DNA of 56,283 nucleotides from Candidatus Microgenomates bacterium (GCA_025451195.1 JANWKV010000038.1:1-56283), one strand, 5' to 3'; shown: positions 19,605 through 29,881, counted from the first letter of the stretch. The notes: generated from the sequence alone by a model not told the origin. Translations and numbers: made by a program.

Positions 19605-19853
19605 CAATTTAATTCTGAAATATCGAGGAATTTGACACATTTAATTTGAGTTTGGAGCCTGTATTCATATTAAAAGATGTAAAAAAAGCCGCGGAAAAGT
19701 AAAAGGAGCCGCAAAATATCCCAACAATTGGACTGTTTATTTCCCGCATTGATATAAAAGATAACCACTTCACTCTCCTCCAACCTCAATGAGCATGAAA
19801 TCAAATAAATAAAAAGTCCTGAAGATTTATCCCGCATTTATTATAATAAGTAC

Positions 19854-20786
19854 ATGGTAAAAAACCGCCGTAAAAAAAATAAGTCATTAAACAAAAAGCA
19901 GTCTCCAAGAGTAAACTGGAATTTTTTTATTTTAGTAGGTATTGCCATAATTTTACTTCTTGGAATTTTCGGATTTGTTATTTACAAATTGCAAATTAAA
20001 CCTGTTATAGAATCTCCTAAAGGAGAGATGAAAAAAATCCCTGCGGACGTTAAAAAAGAAATGGAACAGCCAAATCAAGCCACCAGCTCTGCGGAAATCA
20101 GAGTGCCTATTCTTATGTACCATTACATTGAATACGTTCAGGATAAAAAAGACAAAACAAGGCAGGCTTTGAATATAAATCCCGATATATTCGAACAGCA
20201 ATTGCAGACACTTGCAAACGCGGGTTATACATTTTTAACTGCAAGGGAATTAGGCTATATTATTGACGGAACAAAAAGATTGCCAAAAAATCCCATTTTA
20301 CTTACCTTTGATGATGGTCATTGGGATTTTGATACTGTAGTCCTCCCGCTCTTAAAAAAATACCATGTTAAAGCAACTGCTTATATTATCCCCGGGTTTA
20401 CCGGGGGTTCGGATTTTATGTCTGCATCCCAAATACAAGATGTTATAAATAGTAAGCTTGTTGATATCGGAGCCCACACTGTTCATCATGTTTCCCTTAA
20501 AGGCAAATTGTCTCCAGTCGTAACATATGAAGTAACCCAAAGCAAATTGATGCTGGAAAATACGTACCATATTTCCGTTGTATCTTTTGCCTACCCAAAC
20601 GGATCTTTTGACCAACAGGCAATAAATGCTGTAAAAGATGCGGGGTTTACAACTGCCGTTTCTACAATTCCGGGAATTATGCAAAGCGGGCAAAACAGAT
20701 TTTTCTTAAACAGACTGAGGCCCGGCTATAGAACAGGAGAAACGCTTCTTAATTATCTGCAAAATACCACTTTTAAGGAATATTAG
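19854..20786 (+). CDS. Membrane-anchored polysaccharide deacetylase (paralog of 5619-6584)
   Basis: PILMYHYIEYVQDKKD, LTFDDGHWD, HTVHH, FAYPNG. Confidence 0.93.
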   Translation: MVKNRRKKNKSLNKKQSPRVNWNFFILVGIAIILLLGIFGFVIYKLQIKPVIESPKGEMKKIPADVKKEMEQPNQATSSAEIRVPILMYHYIEYVQDKKDKTRQALNINPDIFEQQLQTLANAGYTFLTARELGYIIDGTKRLPKNPILLTFDDGHWDFDTVVLPLLKKYHVKATAYIIPGFTGGSDFMSASQIQDVINSKLVDIGAHTVHHVSLKGKLSPVVTYEVTQSKLMLENTYHISVVSFAYPNGSFDQQAINAVKDAGFTTAVSTIPGIMQSGQNRFFLNRLRPGYRTGETLLNYLQNTTFKEY

Positions 20787-20803
20787 AATCCCCTTAGAAA
20801 ATT

Positions 20804-21637
20804 TCATTGTCTGGTTTTAAGAAATTGTAGCGCCCCGTACAAACCGTTTATTTTACCCAAAGTTCCATAAACAATTTCAGGACGCGCTTGAGCGGAAAAA
20901 ATTGTCATAAGAGAATAAAGCTCGGATGTTACGGTTTTTAATGGAATGTTAAGTCCAACAGCTCCTGCAATAATAACAATACTTGGCGACCAATGCACAA
21001 TTGTATTATTAAGCCCAATTGCCAAATTCTTTGCAATCTGTTCCCAAATTTCACTGTCTGTTATATTTTCCGCTTTTTGTTTATAAATTTTTTCAATTGC
21101 TTTTCCTCCAACATATGCTTCCAAATGGCCTTTTTTCCCGCATGCATCCTCATTTCCACCCGGAAAAATAATCTGGTGGCCCGGTTCAAAACCCCATTTA
21201 TTCTTTGCTATCTGTCCGCTAATTATAACCGCCCCGCCAACTCCTGTTCCTATAGCCAAACAGGCAACAATTTTATATCCCTTACCTGCTCCATAAACAG
21301 CTTCTCCCAAACTACCCAAAGCCGAATCGTTTTCCAGAAAAACAGGCGCTTTTATTTTTTCCGATAAATTTTCTACAATCGATTTTCCAACCCAAGAACT
21401 AATATGAGGAGACGTAATTAGCATTTGCTTTTTACTGTCCAGTGGGCCGGCAATCCCACCGGCTACTGATAAAATTTTATCGCCTCCCGAAAGTTCGACA
21501 ATGTTTTTGGAAAGAATATCCATTCCTTCTTCAAAATTTTCAGGAGTGTTAAGAATAATAGATTTTTCAACAGTGTCAAAGTTTTTAGAAACGCCAATTC
21601 TAATATGCGTACCGCCAATATCAAAAACCCCAAACAT
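20804..21637 (-). CDS. ROK family sugar kinase
   Basis: DIGGT, LENDS, GTGVGG and EPGH motifs. Confidence 0.93.
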   Translation of the reverse strand: MFGVFDIGGTHIRIGVSKNFDTVEKSIILNTPENFEEGMDILSKNIVELSGGDKILSVAGGIAGPLDSKKQMLITSPHISSWVGKSIVENLSEKIKAPVFLENDSALGSLGEAVYGAGKGYKIVACLAIGTGVGGAVIISGQIAKNKWGFEPGHQIIFPGGNEDACGKKGHLEAYVGGKAIEKIYKQKAENITDSEIWEQIAKNLAIGLNNTIVHWSPSIVIIAGAVGLNIPLKTVTSELYSLMTIFSAQARPEIVYGTLGKINGLYGALQFLKTRQ

Positions 21638-21754
21638 AAGTGTATGGTATCAAATTTAAATTTAATCTTCTAATAATTTCGTTGTTTTTTTTAAAAAATT
21701 ATAAGAGAATAAAGGTATAAAGAATCCAGAAACAAGGAGTTAAAATATAAAACC

Positions 21755-22195
21755 ATGTTGAGTGCACCAAAAATCCCCTACTTCCAAACATCACGTTACC
21801 GCGTTGCAACAATGGTTGAATTGGCAAAAATTAAACAAGGCGATGTTGTTGCAGACTTGGGAAGCGGAGATGGACGGATTGTAATTGCCTTCGCAAAAAA
21901 AGGCGCGGCATCACATGGATATGAAATAGACAACGCATTAAGAAAATTGTCTGAAGAAAATATTAAAAAAGAAAATATTTCAAACGCTTTCATACATAAC
22001 AAAGATTTTTGGCAGGAAGATTTATCAAAATACTCAATTATCTGTTGTTACCCAATGCCGGGTGTCATGGGAAGGCTGGAAAAAAAATTAAAAACCGAGC
22101 TCAAACCGGGAGCTAGGGTTTTACTTAATTACTTCCCTTTTCTCCACTGGAAAGAAAAAAAGATAAAAGACAATATTTACCTCTACCAAAAATAA
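21755..22195 (+). CDS. Class I SAM-dependent methyltransferase
   Basis: DLGSGDGRIV...GYEI motif; paralog of 48170-48690. Confidence 0.88.
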   Translation: MLSAPKIPYFQTSRYRVATMVELAKIKQGDVVADLGSGDGRIVIAFAKKGAASHGYEIDNALRKLSEENIKKENISNAFIHNKDFWQEDLSKYSIICCYPMPGVMGRLEKKLKTELKPGARVLLNYFPFLHWKEKKIKDNIYLYQK

Positions 22196-22212
22196 GATAT
22201 ACTCGAATAAGT

Positions 22213-23535
22213 ATGATGCTGTCTTTAACGACCCGACTCCAAATGTGGATAGACTATTTGAAATATGTAATTATATTGCAAAAGGGAGAATCTATAAATT
22301 TAGGGGTTGAATTATTTTTTTTTATACTTTCTGTTTACCTTTTTATCCAGGATGTTTTTACTAATCCTGGAGGACATGCAATTAGCATTATTTTTCTTTT
22401 TGTTATCATTCAATTTTTGCGAGATATAAATGGTACAAAAAACGAAGTAAACTCATATTTTAATATTCAGCATAGCATTCTAAGAGACCCTTCAAATATT
22501 GCGGATTTAAAACCCAGTCCCAAAGAAAGAAAAGAAGAATTTGAAAGTATTTTTGTTGACAGTAAAAAAGTAGAGAAGGTTTTCGTTTCTAATAAAATAA
22601 ATCGGTATATACAAACCACTCCTTTAACTATTAATCTTACAAATAAAAAGAAAAAGAAAATTCGCGAATATTTGGAAAAACACAAAGATGTTTTACTTCA
22701 ATACCTAAACTATTATTTCTTTTCATCTCTTAAAAAGCATCGTGAATTTGTCAATAATGAAAAATTTTGTATGTCGTCAGATATTAACCTAAACTCAAAA
22801 TCTGTAGAATGTCACACAGGCGGATACTTTGACTCATTTCTTACTAATCAAATAAGCGGTACTACTCTTATTATTAAAGATGCCAAGCATACAACAATTA
22901 GTACAGAAGAAATTTTTCCTTCCGGGATAGACGAAGAAAACAATGCGTATCTTACTGACATTTCCTCTTCATCGATGAACCATCACGTAGGATGCTCAAC
23001 GCTAGGATTTACCAAAGATAATAATTTTGTTATTTGGATACAATCAAACACTAATCAATTTAGCAGCGGGTTACTTATACCAACTGGCAGTGGCTCTGCA
23101 AACGCATCCGACGTTATGGATAATAATTTCCAAAAAACAATTATATACACTATGGAACGTGAGCTAAAAGAAGAAAGTTCTATTAACAAAAGCCCCTCTG
23201 GCCAATATAAAACAATGATACTTGGATTTTACCGTTGGGTTTCTCGAGGTGGAAAACCTGAATTTGTAGGGATTACAAAATTGCCGGAAAATGCCAACTA
23301 TTATCAGCCTAACACAAAAGAAGTGATGGTTAAAAAAACTAAGAACAACCTTTTCCATTTACAAACAATTGATAAAATACCGGATTTTCTTGCGGATATA
23401 CGAAAGAGAGGTAAACTCTCTGTTCCTCTTTTTATGTGCCTGAGAGAACTCGAATATATGTACGCATATCATAAAATCGAATTGGAAAAATTTTTATTTA
23501 ATGAAACTCAACTTCCCTCGAATAAAAACTCTTAA
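22213..23535 (+). CDS. Two-TM protein with C-terminal Nudix-like domain
   Basis: Two N-terminal hydrophobic helices; degenerate Nudix box GSGS...MERELKEE and a GGKPEF motif. Confidence 0.65.
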   Translation: MMLSLTTRLQMWIDYLKYVIILQKGESINLGVELFFFILSVYLFIQDVFTNPGGHAISIIFLFVIIQFLRDINGTKNEVNSYFNIQHSILRDPSNIADLKPSPKERKEEFESIFVDSKKVEKVFVSNKINRYIQTTPLTINLTNKKKKKIREYLEKHKDVLLQYLNYYFFSSLKKHREFVNNEKFCMSSDINLNSKSVECHTGGYFDSFLTNQISGTTLIIKDAKHTTISTEEIFPSGIDEENNAYLTDISSSSMNHHVGCSTLGFTKDNNFVIWIQSNTNQFSSGLLIPTGSGSANASDVMDNNFQKTIIYTMERELKEESSINKSPSGQYKTMILGFYRWVSRGGKPEFVGITKLPENANYYQPNTKEVMVKKTKNNLFHLQTIDKIPDFLADIRKRGKLSVPLFMCLRELEYMYAYHKIELEKFLFNETQLPSNKNS

Positions 23536-23567
23536 TTTTCTTTAGCATCTTTTGATATGATAACTAT

Positions 23568-25148
23568 ATGCTAAAAACTGCTGTTTTAATTATTGGAGCC
23601 GGACCAACGGGCCTCATGGCAGCCTGCCAGCTGGCTATTTTAAAAGTTCCTTTTATTATTGTTGAAAAAGATCCTAGTTCAATCACAGAATCACGCGCAA
23701 TTGGAATCCAAGCCAGAAGTTTGGAAATTTTTGAGCAAATGGGAATTGCCGAAAAATTTATAAAAGAAGGTCTTCCCGCAACAGGAATAAATTTTATAGA
23801 TAACGGAAAAACAACAGAACACATTCCTCTGTCCGGCATAGGAGAGGGGCTGACAAAATTCCCTTTTCTTTTTATACTGGAACAGTCAAAAACAGAAAAA
23901 ATTTTAATTGATTTTTTAGAAAGCCGAGATAAAAAAATACTGTATGACACAAATGTTTCTTCAATTACTCAAGATGATAAAAAAACAATAACAATTATTG
24001 AAAACAAAGCGGGAAAAAAGGAAACAATCCAAGCGGATTGGATAATTGGCGCAGATGGTGCGCATAGCATTGTAAGACATACTTTTAAAATCGAACTCGC
24101 CGGCAAAACTTATAAACAATCGCTATTTGTTTTGGATTGTAAAATTTCATCACAGGTACTTTCCCATAAAGATCTTTCCGTTGCCGTTTCGGATAGTGCT
24201 TTTGCGGCATTTTTCCCCCTCTCCCAAAACCGCTGGCGGATTGTTGGCGAAGTACCACCTGATTTTTACGGAAAAAACCAAATAACATTTGACGGGGTTA
24301 AAAAAGATTTTGCAAAGAGGATGAAAATGGAGATTACTCTTTCCGATTGCCAGTGGATTTCTTTATATCATTCTCACCACAGATGTGTTGCCAATTTTAA
24401 AGTTGGCAGGTGTTTTCTTGTTGGAGATGCTGCCCATATTCATAGTCCGGTCGGTGCGCAGGGAATGAACACCGGCTTACAAGACGCTTATAACCTTACC
24501 TGGAAAATTGCATTTGTACATTTTAAAAACGCAAATGAATCACTGCTAAATACCTATAACGAAGAACGTTTACCCCATGCCAAAAAACTGGTCGAAACAA
24601 CAGACAGACTTTTTAATATTATTATTGCCGGTGGTCCTCTTGCTACTTTTTTCCGGACAAAACTTGCGCCAAAAATTGTTAAATTTATGATAGATCATAA
24701 ATTTAGCCGCGGCTTTCTTTTTAAAACAGTTTCCCAAATTGGTATTTCCTACCGCAACAGTCCCCTTTCCCAAAATGCGTCTTTTGGTGAATTTGATAAA
24801 AAAACACCAAAACCGGGAGACAGGTTGCCTTTTGTTATGTACGGAGAAAGTAACAACAAAAAAAACATACAGGATTTAATTACCGTAAACAAAATACATC
24901 TTTTTCTTTTTACTCAATCGGAAAAAGATTTACAAAATATAAAACAGATAGCTGAAAAATATAAAGAGATAATAAAAATTAACATTTTTATATTAAACAG
25001 TGAAACTAAAAATTTATATAAAGAATTTGGAATATTAAATGGCGGATATTATTTAATAAGGCCGGATATGTATATTGCCTTTAGGAGTTTGGGCCAAAAT
25101 TATGAACAACTGAAGAGCTATCTTGCATCATTTATTCTATTAAATTAA
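23568..25148 (+). CDS. FAD-dependent monooxygenase (PheA/TfdB-like)
   Basis: GAGPTG, IIGADGAHS, GDAAHIHSPVGAQGMNTG and C-terminal LIRPD. Confidence 0.93.
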   Translation: MLKTAVLIIGAGPTGLMAACQLAILKVPFIIVEKDPSSITESRAIGIQARSLEIFEQMGIAEKFIKEGLPATGINFIDNGKTTEHIPLSGIGEGLTKFPFLFILEQSKTEKILIDFLESRDKKILYDTNVSSITQDDKKTITIIENKAGKKETIQADWIIGADGAHSIVRHTFKIELAGKTYKQSLFVLDCKISSQVLSHKDLSVAVSDSAFAAFFPLSQNRWRIVGEVPPDFYGKNQITFDGVKKDFAKRMKMEITLSDCQWISLYHSHHRCVANFKVGRCFLVGDAAHIHSPVGAQGMNTGLQDAYNLTWKIAFVHFKNANESLLNTYNEERLPHAKKLVETTDRLFNIIIAGGPLATFFRTKLAPKIVKFMIDHKFSRGFLFKTVSQIGISYRNSPLSQNASFGEFDKKTPKPGDRLPFVMYGESNNKKNIQDLITVNKIHLFLFTQSEKDLQNIKQIAEKYKEIIKINIFILNSETKNLYKEFGILNGGYYLIRPDMYIAFRSLGQNYEQLKSYLASFILLN

Positions 25149-25160
25149 TCTCCTCAAATT

Positions 25161-26906
25161 TTATTGTAATACCTGATTAAGTGCATTAATATTTTCTTGG
25201 GAAGAGTCAAGCTGTAAAGATTTTTGAGCATATTCTTTCGCTTCTTCTTTTTTTCCGTTTGCAAAAAGTGCCAGTGCCATAAGCTGGTTAAGTTTTGCGC
25301 TGTTTGGAAAAATTGGAAGCGCCTGGTTTATAAAGTTTATTGTATTTGTGGGAGTATCTGTTAACGAATAAATTAATGCAATATTTTCATACGCGGCAGA
25401 CGTTGGCGAAAGTTTAATTGATTTTTCGTAGTAAGACTTTGCACTATTGTAGTCTCCTTCCTGTGCATAAATTGATCCAATATTATTTAATGTCCACAAA
25501 TTATTTGGCGCAAATTTTATCGCTTGTAAAAATTCTTCCTTTGCTTTTTCATGTTGCCCGTCGTTGTATAAAGCAACACCATAATTATTAAGAAGTTCGG
25601 AAGAATTGGCAGATAATATTATGTCGTGTCCAAAAAGGGTTAGTGGATTTTCCCAATCGATTGTTCTTATAAATGTACGTAGAAAAAAGAAAACAAAAAA
25701 TAACAAATAACACAAGAATGTTAGCATAGTGTTTCGTGAATTGTTTGAATTTAAAATTTTTATAAAAATCAGTGAAAAAATACCAAAAACTCCAATTAAC
25801 GGAAGGTAAAGCCATCTCTCCTCAATAGTAAAATCAAGCGGAATAATATTTAAGACGATTGACAAAGACAATAAAAACCACAACGAAAAGAATATAAGAA
25901 TTTTCCTATCTACTTTTGATCTTAATAAAATAATTCCAAGAGATATAAAAATTAATAGAACAACCGGAAGAAGAAAGTAAAAACGGTAATCATTAATATT
26001 TGTTATTAAATCAACTTGAGAAATATGAAGAGTTACGGGATAAAAAATTAAACGGATATATGAAAATAATTCGTAAGGAACCGTTAATAATCGCTGTACA
26101 AGAGTTGCGTGAGCAATAGGAATTGGGGATAAATTCTGGTCTGCCGACAAAGTTGCCACATGGAAACGAAAAAAAGAATATACACCGGCAGATAATCCGC
26201 AGGATACCAAAAGAGGTATTAATTTTTTTCTGAAAAAAATCAGTGACAACATAATTACAAAAACAATAGAAAAAACTCCTGACTCTTTGGAGAAAAGAGA
26301 TCCGAGTGTTGTTAAAAAGATAACAAGAAGATTTAAAATTGAAATTTCTTTTTTTAAGCAAAACTTTAAAGCCGTAATAATTGAAACGAGAATAAAAAAT
26401 ACATACATTAATTCAGTCGTTGCGGAAACGTAAGCAACACTTTCCACATTTGCAGGTTGTACCAAAAATAAAACCGATGCAAAAAATGCAGAGGTTCTTG
26501 AAAATTTATATTTCCTTAAATCCAAAAGATTCTTAATTAAGAAAAATATGAGTATTGAATTAGTTATATGCAAGCTAACATCAAACAAATGATATCCAAA
26601 AGGATTTAATCCCCAAATAGAGTATGTAAGGGAAAAAACAACATCCAGTAACGGTCTGTAAAATGCACCGGATAATGCAAGCTGTCCCCCGCCGGTTGAG
26701 AATGTACTGGCCGTAAAAAAATACGAAATATTTTCCAGGTGAGCAATTAAAGGATTATTTAGAATCTGATCCTGATCATCCCAGACAAATCCGTTAAATA
26801 ACACCCTAAAATAAACAATTATTCCAATAAAAATTAAATATGTAACCAAGTAAACAGAAGCTGAATTTTCAATTTTACGTATTATTGAAATTACATTTTC
26901 TTTCAT
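25161..26906 (-). CDS. TMTC-like GT-C glycosyltransferase with C-terminal TPRs
   Basis: FVWDD, YRPL, ESVAYVS, SKE and ERWLYLP motifs, many TMs, TPR repeats. Start re-called to ATG at 26906. Confidence 0.85.
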   Translation of the reverse strand: MKENVISIIRKIENSASVYLVTYLIFIGIIVYFRVLFNGFVWDDQDQILNNPLIAHLENISYFFTASTFSTGGGQLALSGAFYRPLLDVVFSLTYSIWGLNPFGYHLFDVSLHITNSILIFFLIKNLLDLRKYKFSRTSAFFASVLFLVQPANVESVAYVSATTELMYVFFILVSIITALKFCLKKEISILNLLVIFLTTLGSLFSKESGVFSIVFVIMLSLIFFRKKLIPLLVSCGLSAGVYSFFRFHVATLSADQNLSPIPIAHATLVQRLLTVPYELFSYIRLIFYPVTLHISQVDLITNINDYRFYFLLPVVLLIFISLGIILLRSKVDRKILIFFSLWFLLSLSIVLNIIPLDFTIEERWLYLPLIGVFGIFSLIFIKILNSNNSRNTMLTFLCYLLFFVFFFLRTFIRTIDWENPLTLFGHDIILSANSSELLNNYGVALYNDGQHEKAKEEFLQAIKFAPNNLWTLNNIGSIYAQEGDYNSAKSYYEKSIKLSPTSAAYENIALIYSLTDTPTNTINFINQALPIFPNSAKLNQLMALALFANGKKEEAKEYAQKSLQLDSSQENINALNQVLQ

Positions 26907-26965
26907 TAAATTCAGTATATCATTTGTAAATATCAATAAAAATTAAATATAAATTTTAATACGTA

Positions 26966-26994
26966 TTGACAAAAACTTACCAATAGCGTATTTT
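26966..26994 (+). promoter_or_regulatory. Sigma70 promoter driving the cobalamin-riboswitch leader
   Basis: TTGACA (26966-26971)-17 nt-TATTTT (26989-26994). Confidence 0.65.
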
Positions 26995-27011
26995 GTAAAT
27001 TACAACACAAG

Positions 27012-27203
27012 GCGTAAAGGTGTCGCAAGACATAAAAGGAATCACGTCCCGAAGGAAATTTTTTCTTAGGGATCCCGGTAATAACAATTATCGGGAGCGA
27101 AAATCCGTGGCTATGCCGTAACTGTCCTCATAAGTCAAAAGACGAATGAGGATCCCGCTTAGCTTTTCTAAGTGGGATACAGCCAGAAAACTATCCTTTA
27201 CAC
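27012..27203 (+). ncRNA. Cobalamin riboswitch with inserted hairpins
   Basis: Closing helix GTAAAGG/CCTTTAC, TGTC-GCAA-GACA hairpin, AAAAGGAA, AAAATCCG, GCCGTAACTGT and B12-box AGCCAGAAAACT in the canonical order. Confidence 0.85.
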
Positions 27204-27313
27204 TCTTCTTGCTTAATCTTGAGTTTACAAAAGATTAGGTTTGAAGATTTTATACCCGTAGGGTATACATTATCTTGAGTTGGACTTTCGAGCAAAAGTC
27301 CGAGGCTATATTT

Positions 27314-27335
27314 AATCCTCGAGGAGGATTTTTTT
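27314..27335 (+). terminator. Intrinsic terminator, probable riboswitch expression platform
   Basis: AATCCTC-GAG-GAGGATT followed by a T run, 34 nt before the ATG at 27370. Confidence 0.65.
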
Positions 27336-27369
27336 ATTCTAATACCTCCTTCTTTTGCCGCGTAAATTT

Positions 27370-27960
27370 ATGGATATCAAAAATCTTAAAAAGTATTTTA
27401 GCTCGCCTTTTATTGTAATTGCCGCAATATGTTTTATTATAGGCGGGATATTACTTCTTTTACCGCAGAATAAAAAATCACAAAAAGTTCAAAATACTAA
27501 AAGCATAATCGTTAACAGGCAGCAATCGACAAAAACGCCAATCCCGTCAATAACTCCGGCTTTATTACAAAAAACAACAAAACAGGCACAACTGCCTTCC
27601 TCAACCCCAACTCCGACAATTGCTCAAATAAATCCAACTTCTCAGCCAACACCAACAACTGTTTCGAACAACAATATTTTTAAACTGCAAATCAATGATC
27701 CTAATGGCAATTTTTCTTTTTCTTTCACGTACCAAGGCGGCACAAACCCCTGTTCTATCTTAAATAATGCAAAAAATAGCGGGGATATAAAATCTGTAAC
27801 CATTAACCATTACGGACCACCCCTCAACAGCGATTATGTTAAAGAAATAAATGGATTTTCAGATAATTGGAATTTTTCAATCAACGGCAATTCTATGCCA
27901 AAAGGATGCTCAAATTATAATTTAAACTCAGGAGATAATGTTTTATGGAAATATAATTAA
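27370..27960 (+). CDS. Membrane-anchored DUF4430 / transcobalamin C-terminal-like domain protein
   Basis: TM, Pro/Thr/Gln linker, YVKEING...WNFSING..MPKGCSNYNLNSGDNVLWKY. Confidence 0.8.
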   Translation: MDIKNLKKYFSSPFIVIAAICFIIGGILLLLPQNKKSQKVQNTKSIIVNRQQSTKTPIPSITPALLQKTTKQAQLPSSTPTPTIAQINPTSQPTPTTVSNNNIFKLQINDPNGNFSFSFTYQGGTNPCSILNNAKNSGDIKSVTINHYGPPLNSDYVKEINGFSDNWNFSINGNSMPKGCSNYNLNSGDNVLWKYN

Positions 27961-27962
27961 AA

Positions 27963-29306
27963 ATGAAAAAAATTTTGATCATCATCATTTTATTTTTACT
28001 GATAATTTCATCCTCAAAGCAAGTTTTTGCATCTAATCAACCTGCCATTGATTCAGGTATCTCTTATCTTAAATCCCAACAGCTCAAGGATGGAAATATA
28101 GATGGTTTTAGCGGAGTAACAGACTGGGCTGCTATGGCTTTTTCCGCAGATAATTTAGACATTAATACAATTGCAAGTACCAGTGGGCAAACTCTTCTTT
28201 CTTTCCTTAAATCCGATACGTTAACCAACTCATCTTCTTCAAACGACTGGTCAAGAAGAATTCTTATGGCTACTGCGGCAAACCAAAATCCCTATGATTT
28301 CTCAGGAACAAATTTAGTTGCCGGACTGGAAACATACTACAACAATAACCAGATTGGAAGTACAACAGCGGACAACGATGACATGTTTGCTCTTCTTGCC
28401 CTTCTTGCAAGTAAAGTTGACATTACAAATTCTATAATTACCGATGTAACTTCATTTATTATTTCCCACCAACACTCAGACGGAGGATTTAGCTACTCAA
28501 CCGACCCGTCAACCGGAAGCGATATAGACGACACAGCCGCGGCAATAATGGCTCTTAATTTTGCAAAATTGCAGAACGTAAATGTAAATAATTTGCAGTC
28601 GTCAATCAACAGCGCAAAAACATACATTCTTTCCAACCAAAACTCAGACGGAGGATTTGCTTATGACCCAAATCCCAGCACCAGTTGGGATACTACATCA
28701 AATGTTTCTACAACATCTTGGGTTGTTATGGCATTTTCTTCTTTAGGGCTTGATGGGACTCAAGAGTTTTCCAACGCACAAGATTATATTATCTCTACTC
28801 AAGAATCGGACGGATCATTCCCTTATCAACCTATTTATCCGCCGGGCGATACATTTGACAGTTCTTATGCTCTACTTGCTTTAGAAAATGTTTTTTGGCC
28901 AATCCATGTTTTTTCCGGCACTGTCCCTACGTTTACTGTTACATCTGCTCCAACGCCAACGCTAACGCTAACGCTAACTCCTACTCCTATGGATATGCCA
29001 TCATCAAATTCAAATGATTCAGACCCGACACAAACTCCAACACCAACCGTAACGCCTACTCCGACAATTCCGGCAACACAAACCCCTACAGCATCAGACT
29101 CTTATCAAGCAACCGACCTTCTAACAAACACTCCAACACTCTCACCTTCACCTACTGTTTTTCAGCAAGTTCTAGGAACGCAAACTTCAATAGGAGATGG
29201 AAATAAAAACTCTTTAAACATTAAGCTTATGTTCGCGCTTGTTTTCTTTGGACTTGGCATAGCATCATCCGGTTTTTATGTATTTAAGAAGATTAAAAAA
29301 ATATAA
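27963..29306 (+). CDS. Secreted prenyltransferase/squalene-oxidase-repeat (alpha6/alpha6 barrel) protein with C-terminal TM anchor
   Basis: Repeats YLKSQQLKDG, FIISHQHSDGGF, YILSNQNSDGGF, YIISTQESDGSF; signal peptide, PT-rich stalk, C-terminal TM plus basic tail. Confidence 0.85.
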   Translation: MKKILIIIILFLLIISSSKQVFASNQPAIDSGISYLKSQQLKDGNIDGFSGVTDWAAMAFSADNLDINTIASTSGQTLLSFLKSDTLTNSSSSNDWSRRILMATAANQNPYDFSGTNLVAGLETYYNNNQIGSTTADNDDMFALLALLASKVDITNSIITDVTSFIISHQHSDGGFSYSTDPSTGSDIDDTAAAIMALNFAKLQNVNVNNLQSSINSAKTYILSNQNSDGGFAYDPNPSTSWDTTSNVSTTSWVVMAFSSLGLDGTQEFSNAQDYIISTQESDGSFPYQPIYPPGDTFDSSYALLALENVFWPIHVFSGTVPTFTVTSAPTPTLTLTLTPTPMDMPSSNSNDSDPTQTPTPTVTPTPTIPATQTPTASDSYQATDLLTNTPTLSPSPTVFQQVLGTQTSIGDGNKNSLNIKLMFALVFFGLGIASSGFYVFKKIKKI

Positions 29307-29359
29307 AAACATTTACAGATTAAAATACATATGATACATTCATCTTTACAAAGTAAAAT

Positions 29360-29881
29360 ATGAAAAAAATTAACAATCTTATGAATCCATTCCTTATTAT
29401 TTTTATTGGGGCGTCTTTGAGGCTTATTCCGCATATCCCAAATTTTGCGCCAATTACCGCAATGGCTCTTTTTGGAGGTGCTTATCTAAACAAAAAATAC
29501 GCTCTGATTGTCCCAATTGCGGCAATGGTTATATCCGACATTTTTTTAGGATTTAATGCAAGTACACCTATGGTGTACACAAGTTTCTTTATTAGCGGGC
29601 TCATTGGTTTATGGCTAAAAAACCATAAAAACCTTCATTCGGTTATCAGCGCCACGCTTTTTTCTTCAATAATTTTTTTTATACTGACAAATTTTAATTT
29701 TTGGTATGCAACCGCTTTATATCCTAAAACATTTAACGGCATGATAGATGCATACGTAATGGCTATTCCTTTCTTTAGAAATACTGTTTTGGGTGATTTA
29801 TTCTATACGGGAGTTTTCTTTGGAGGATATGAACTTGTTTTACACTTTTTTAAATCAAAAAAACCTGCGTATTCAAAATAA
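29360..29881 (+). CDS. DUF6580-like / ECF S-component-like membrane protein, putative cobalamin transporter
   Basis: RLIPHIPNFAPITAMALFGG, SDIFLG, FFILTNF, AIPFFRNTVLGDLFY; multi-TM; downstream of a B12 riboswitch. Confidence 0.75.
   Translation: MKKINNLMNPFLIIFIGASLRLIPHIPNFAPITAMALFGGAYLNKKYALIVPIAAMVISDIFLGFNASTPMVYTSFFISGLIGLWLKNHKNLHSVISATLFSSIIFFILTNFNFWYATALYPKTFNGMIDAYVMAIPFFRNTVLGDLFYTGVFFGGYELVLHFFKSKKPAYSK

Noticed and set aside
28945-29160. Short tandem repeats (ACGCTA, ACTCCT)
   Set aside because: They encode the Pro/Thr-rich stalk of the surface protein; ordinary coding low complexity.
27963-29306. Squalene-hopene cyclase or terpene biosynthesis
   Set aside because: Single barrel, secreted, on a stalk and under a B12 riboswitch; a binding role is more plausible despite an Asp-rich DIDD segment.
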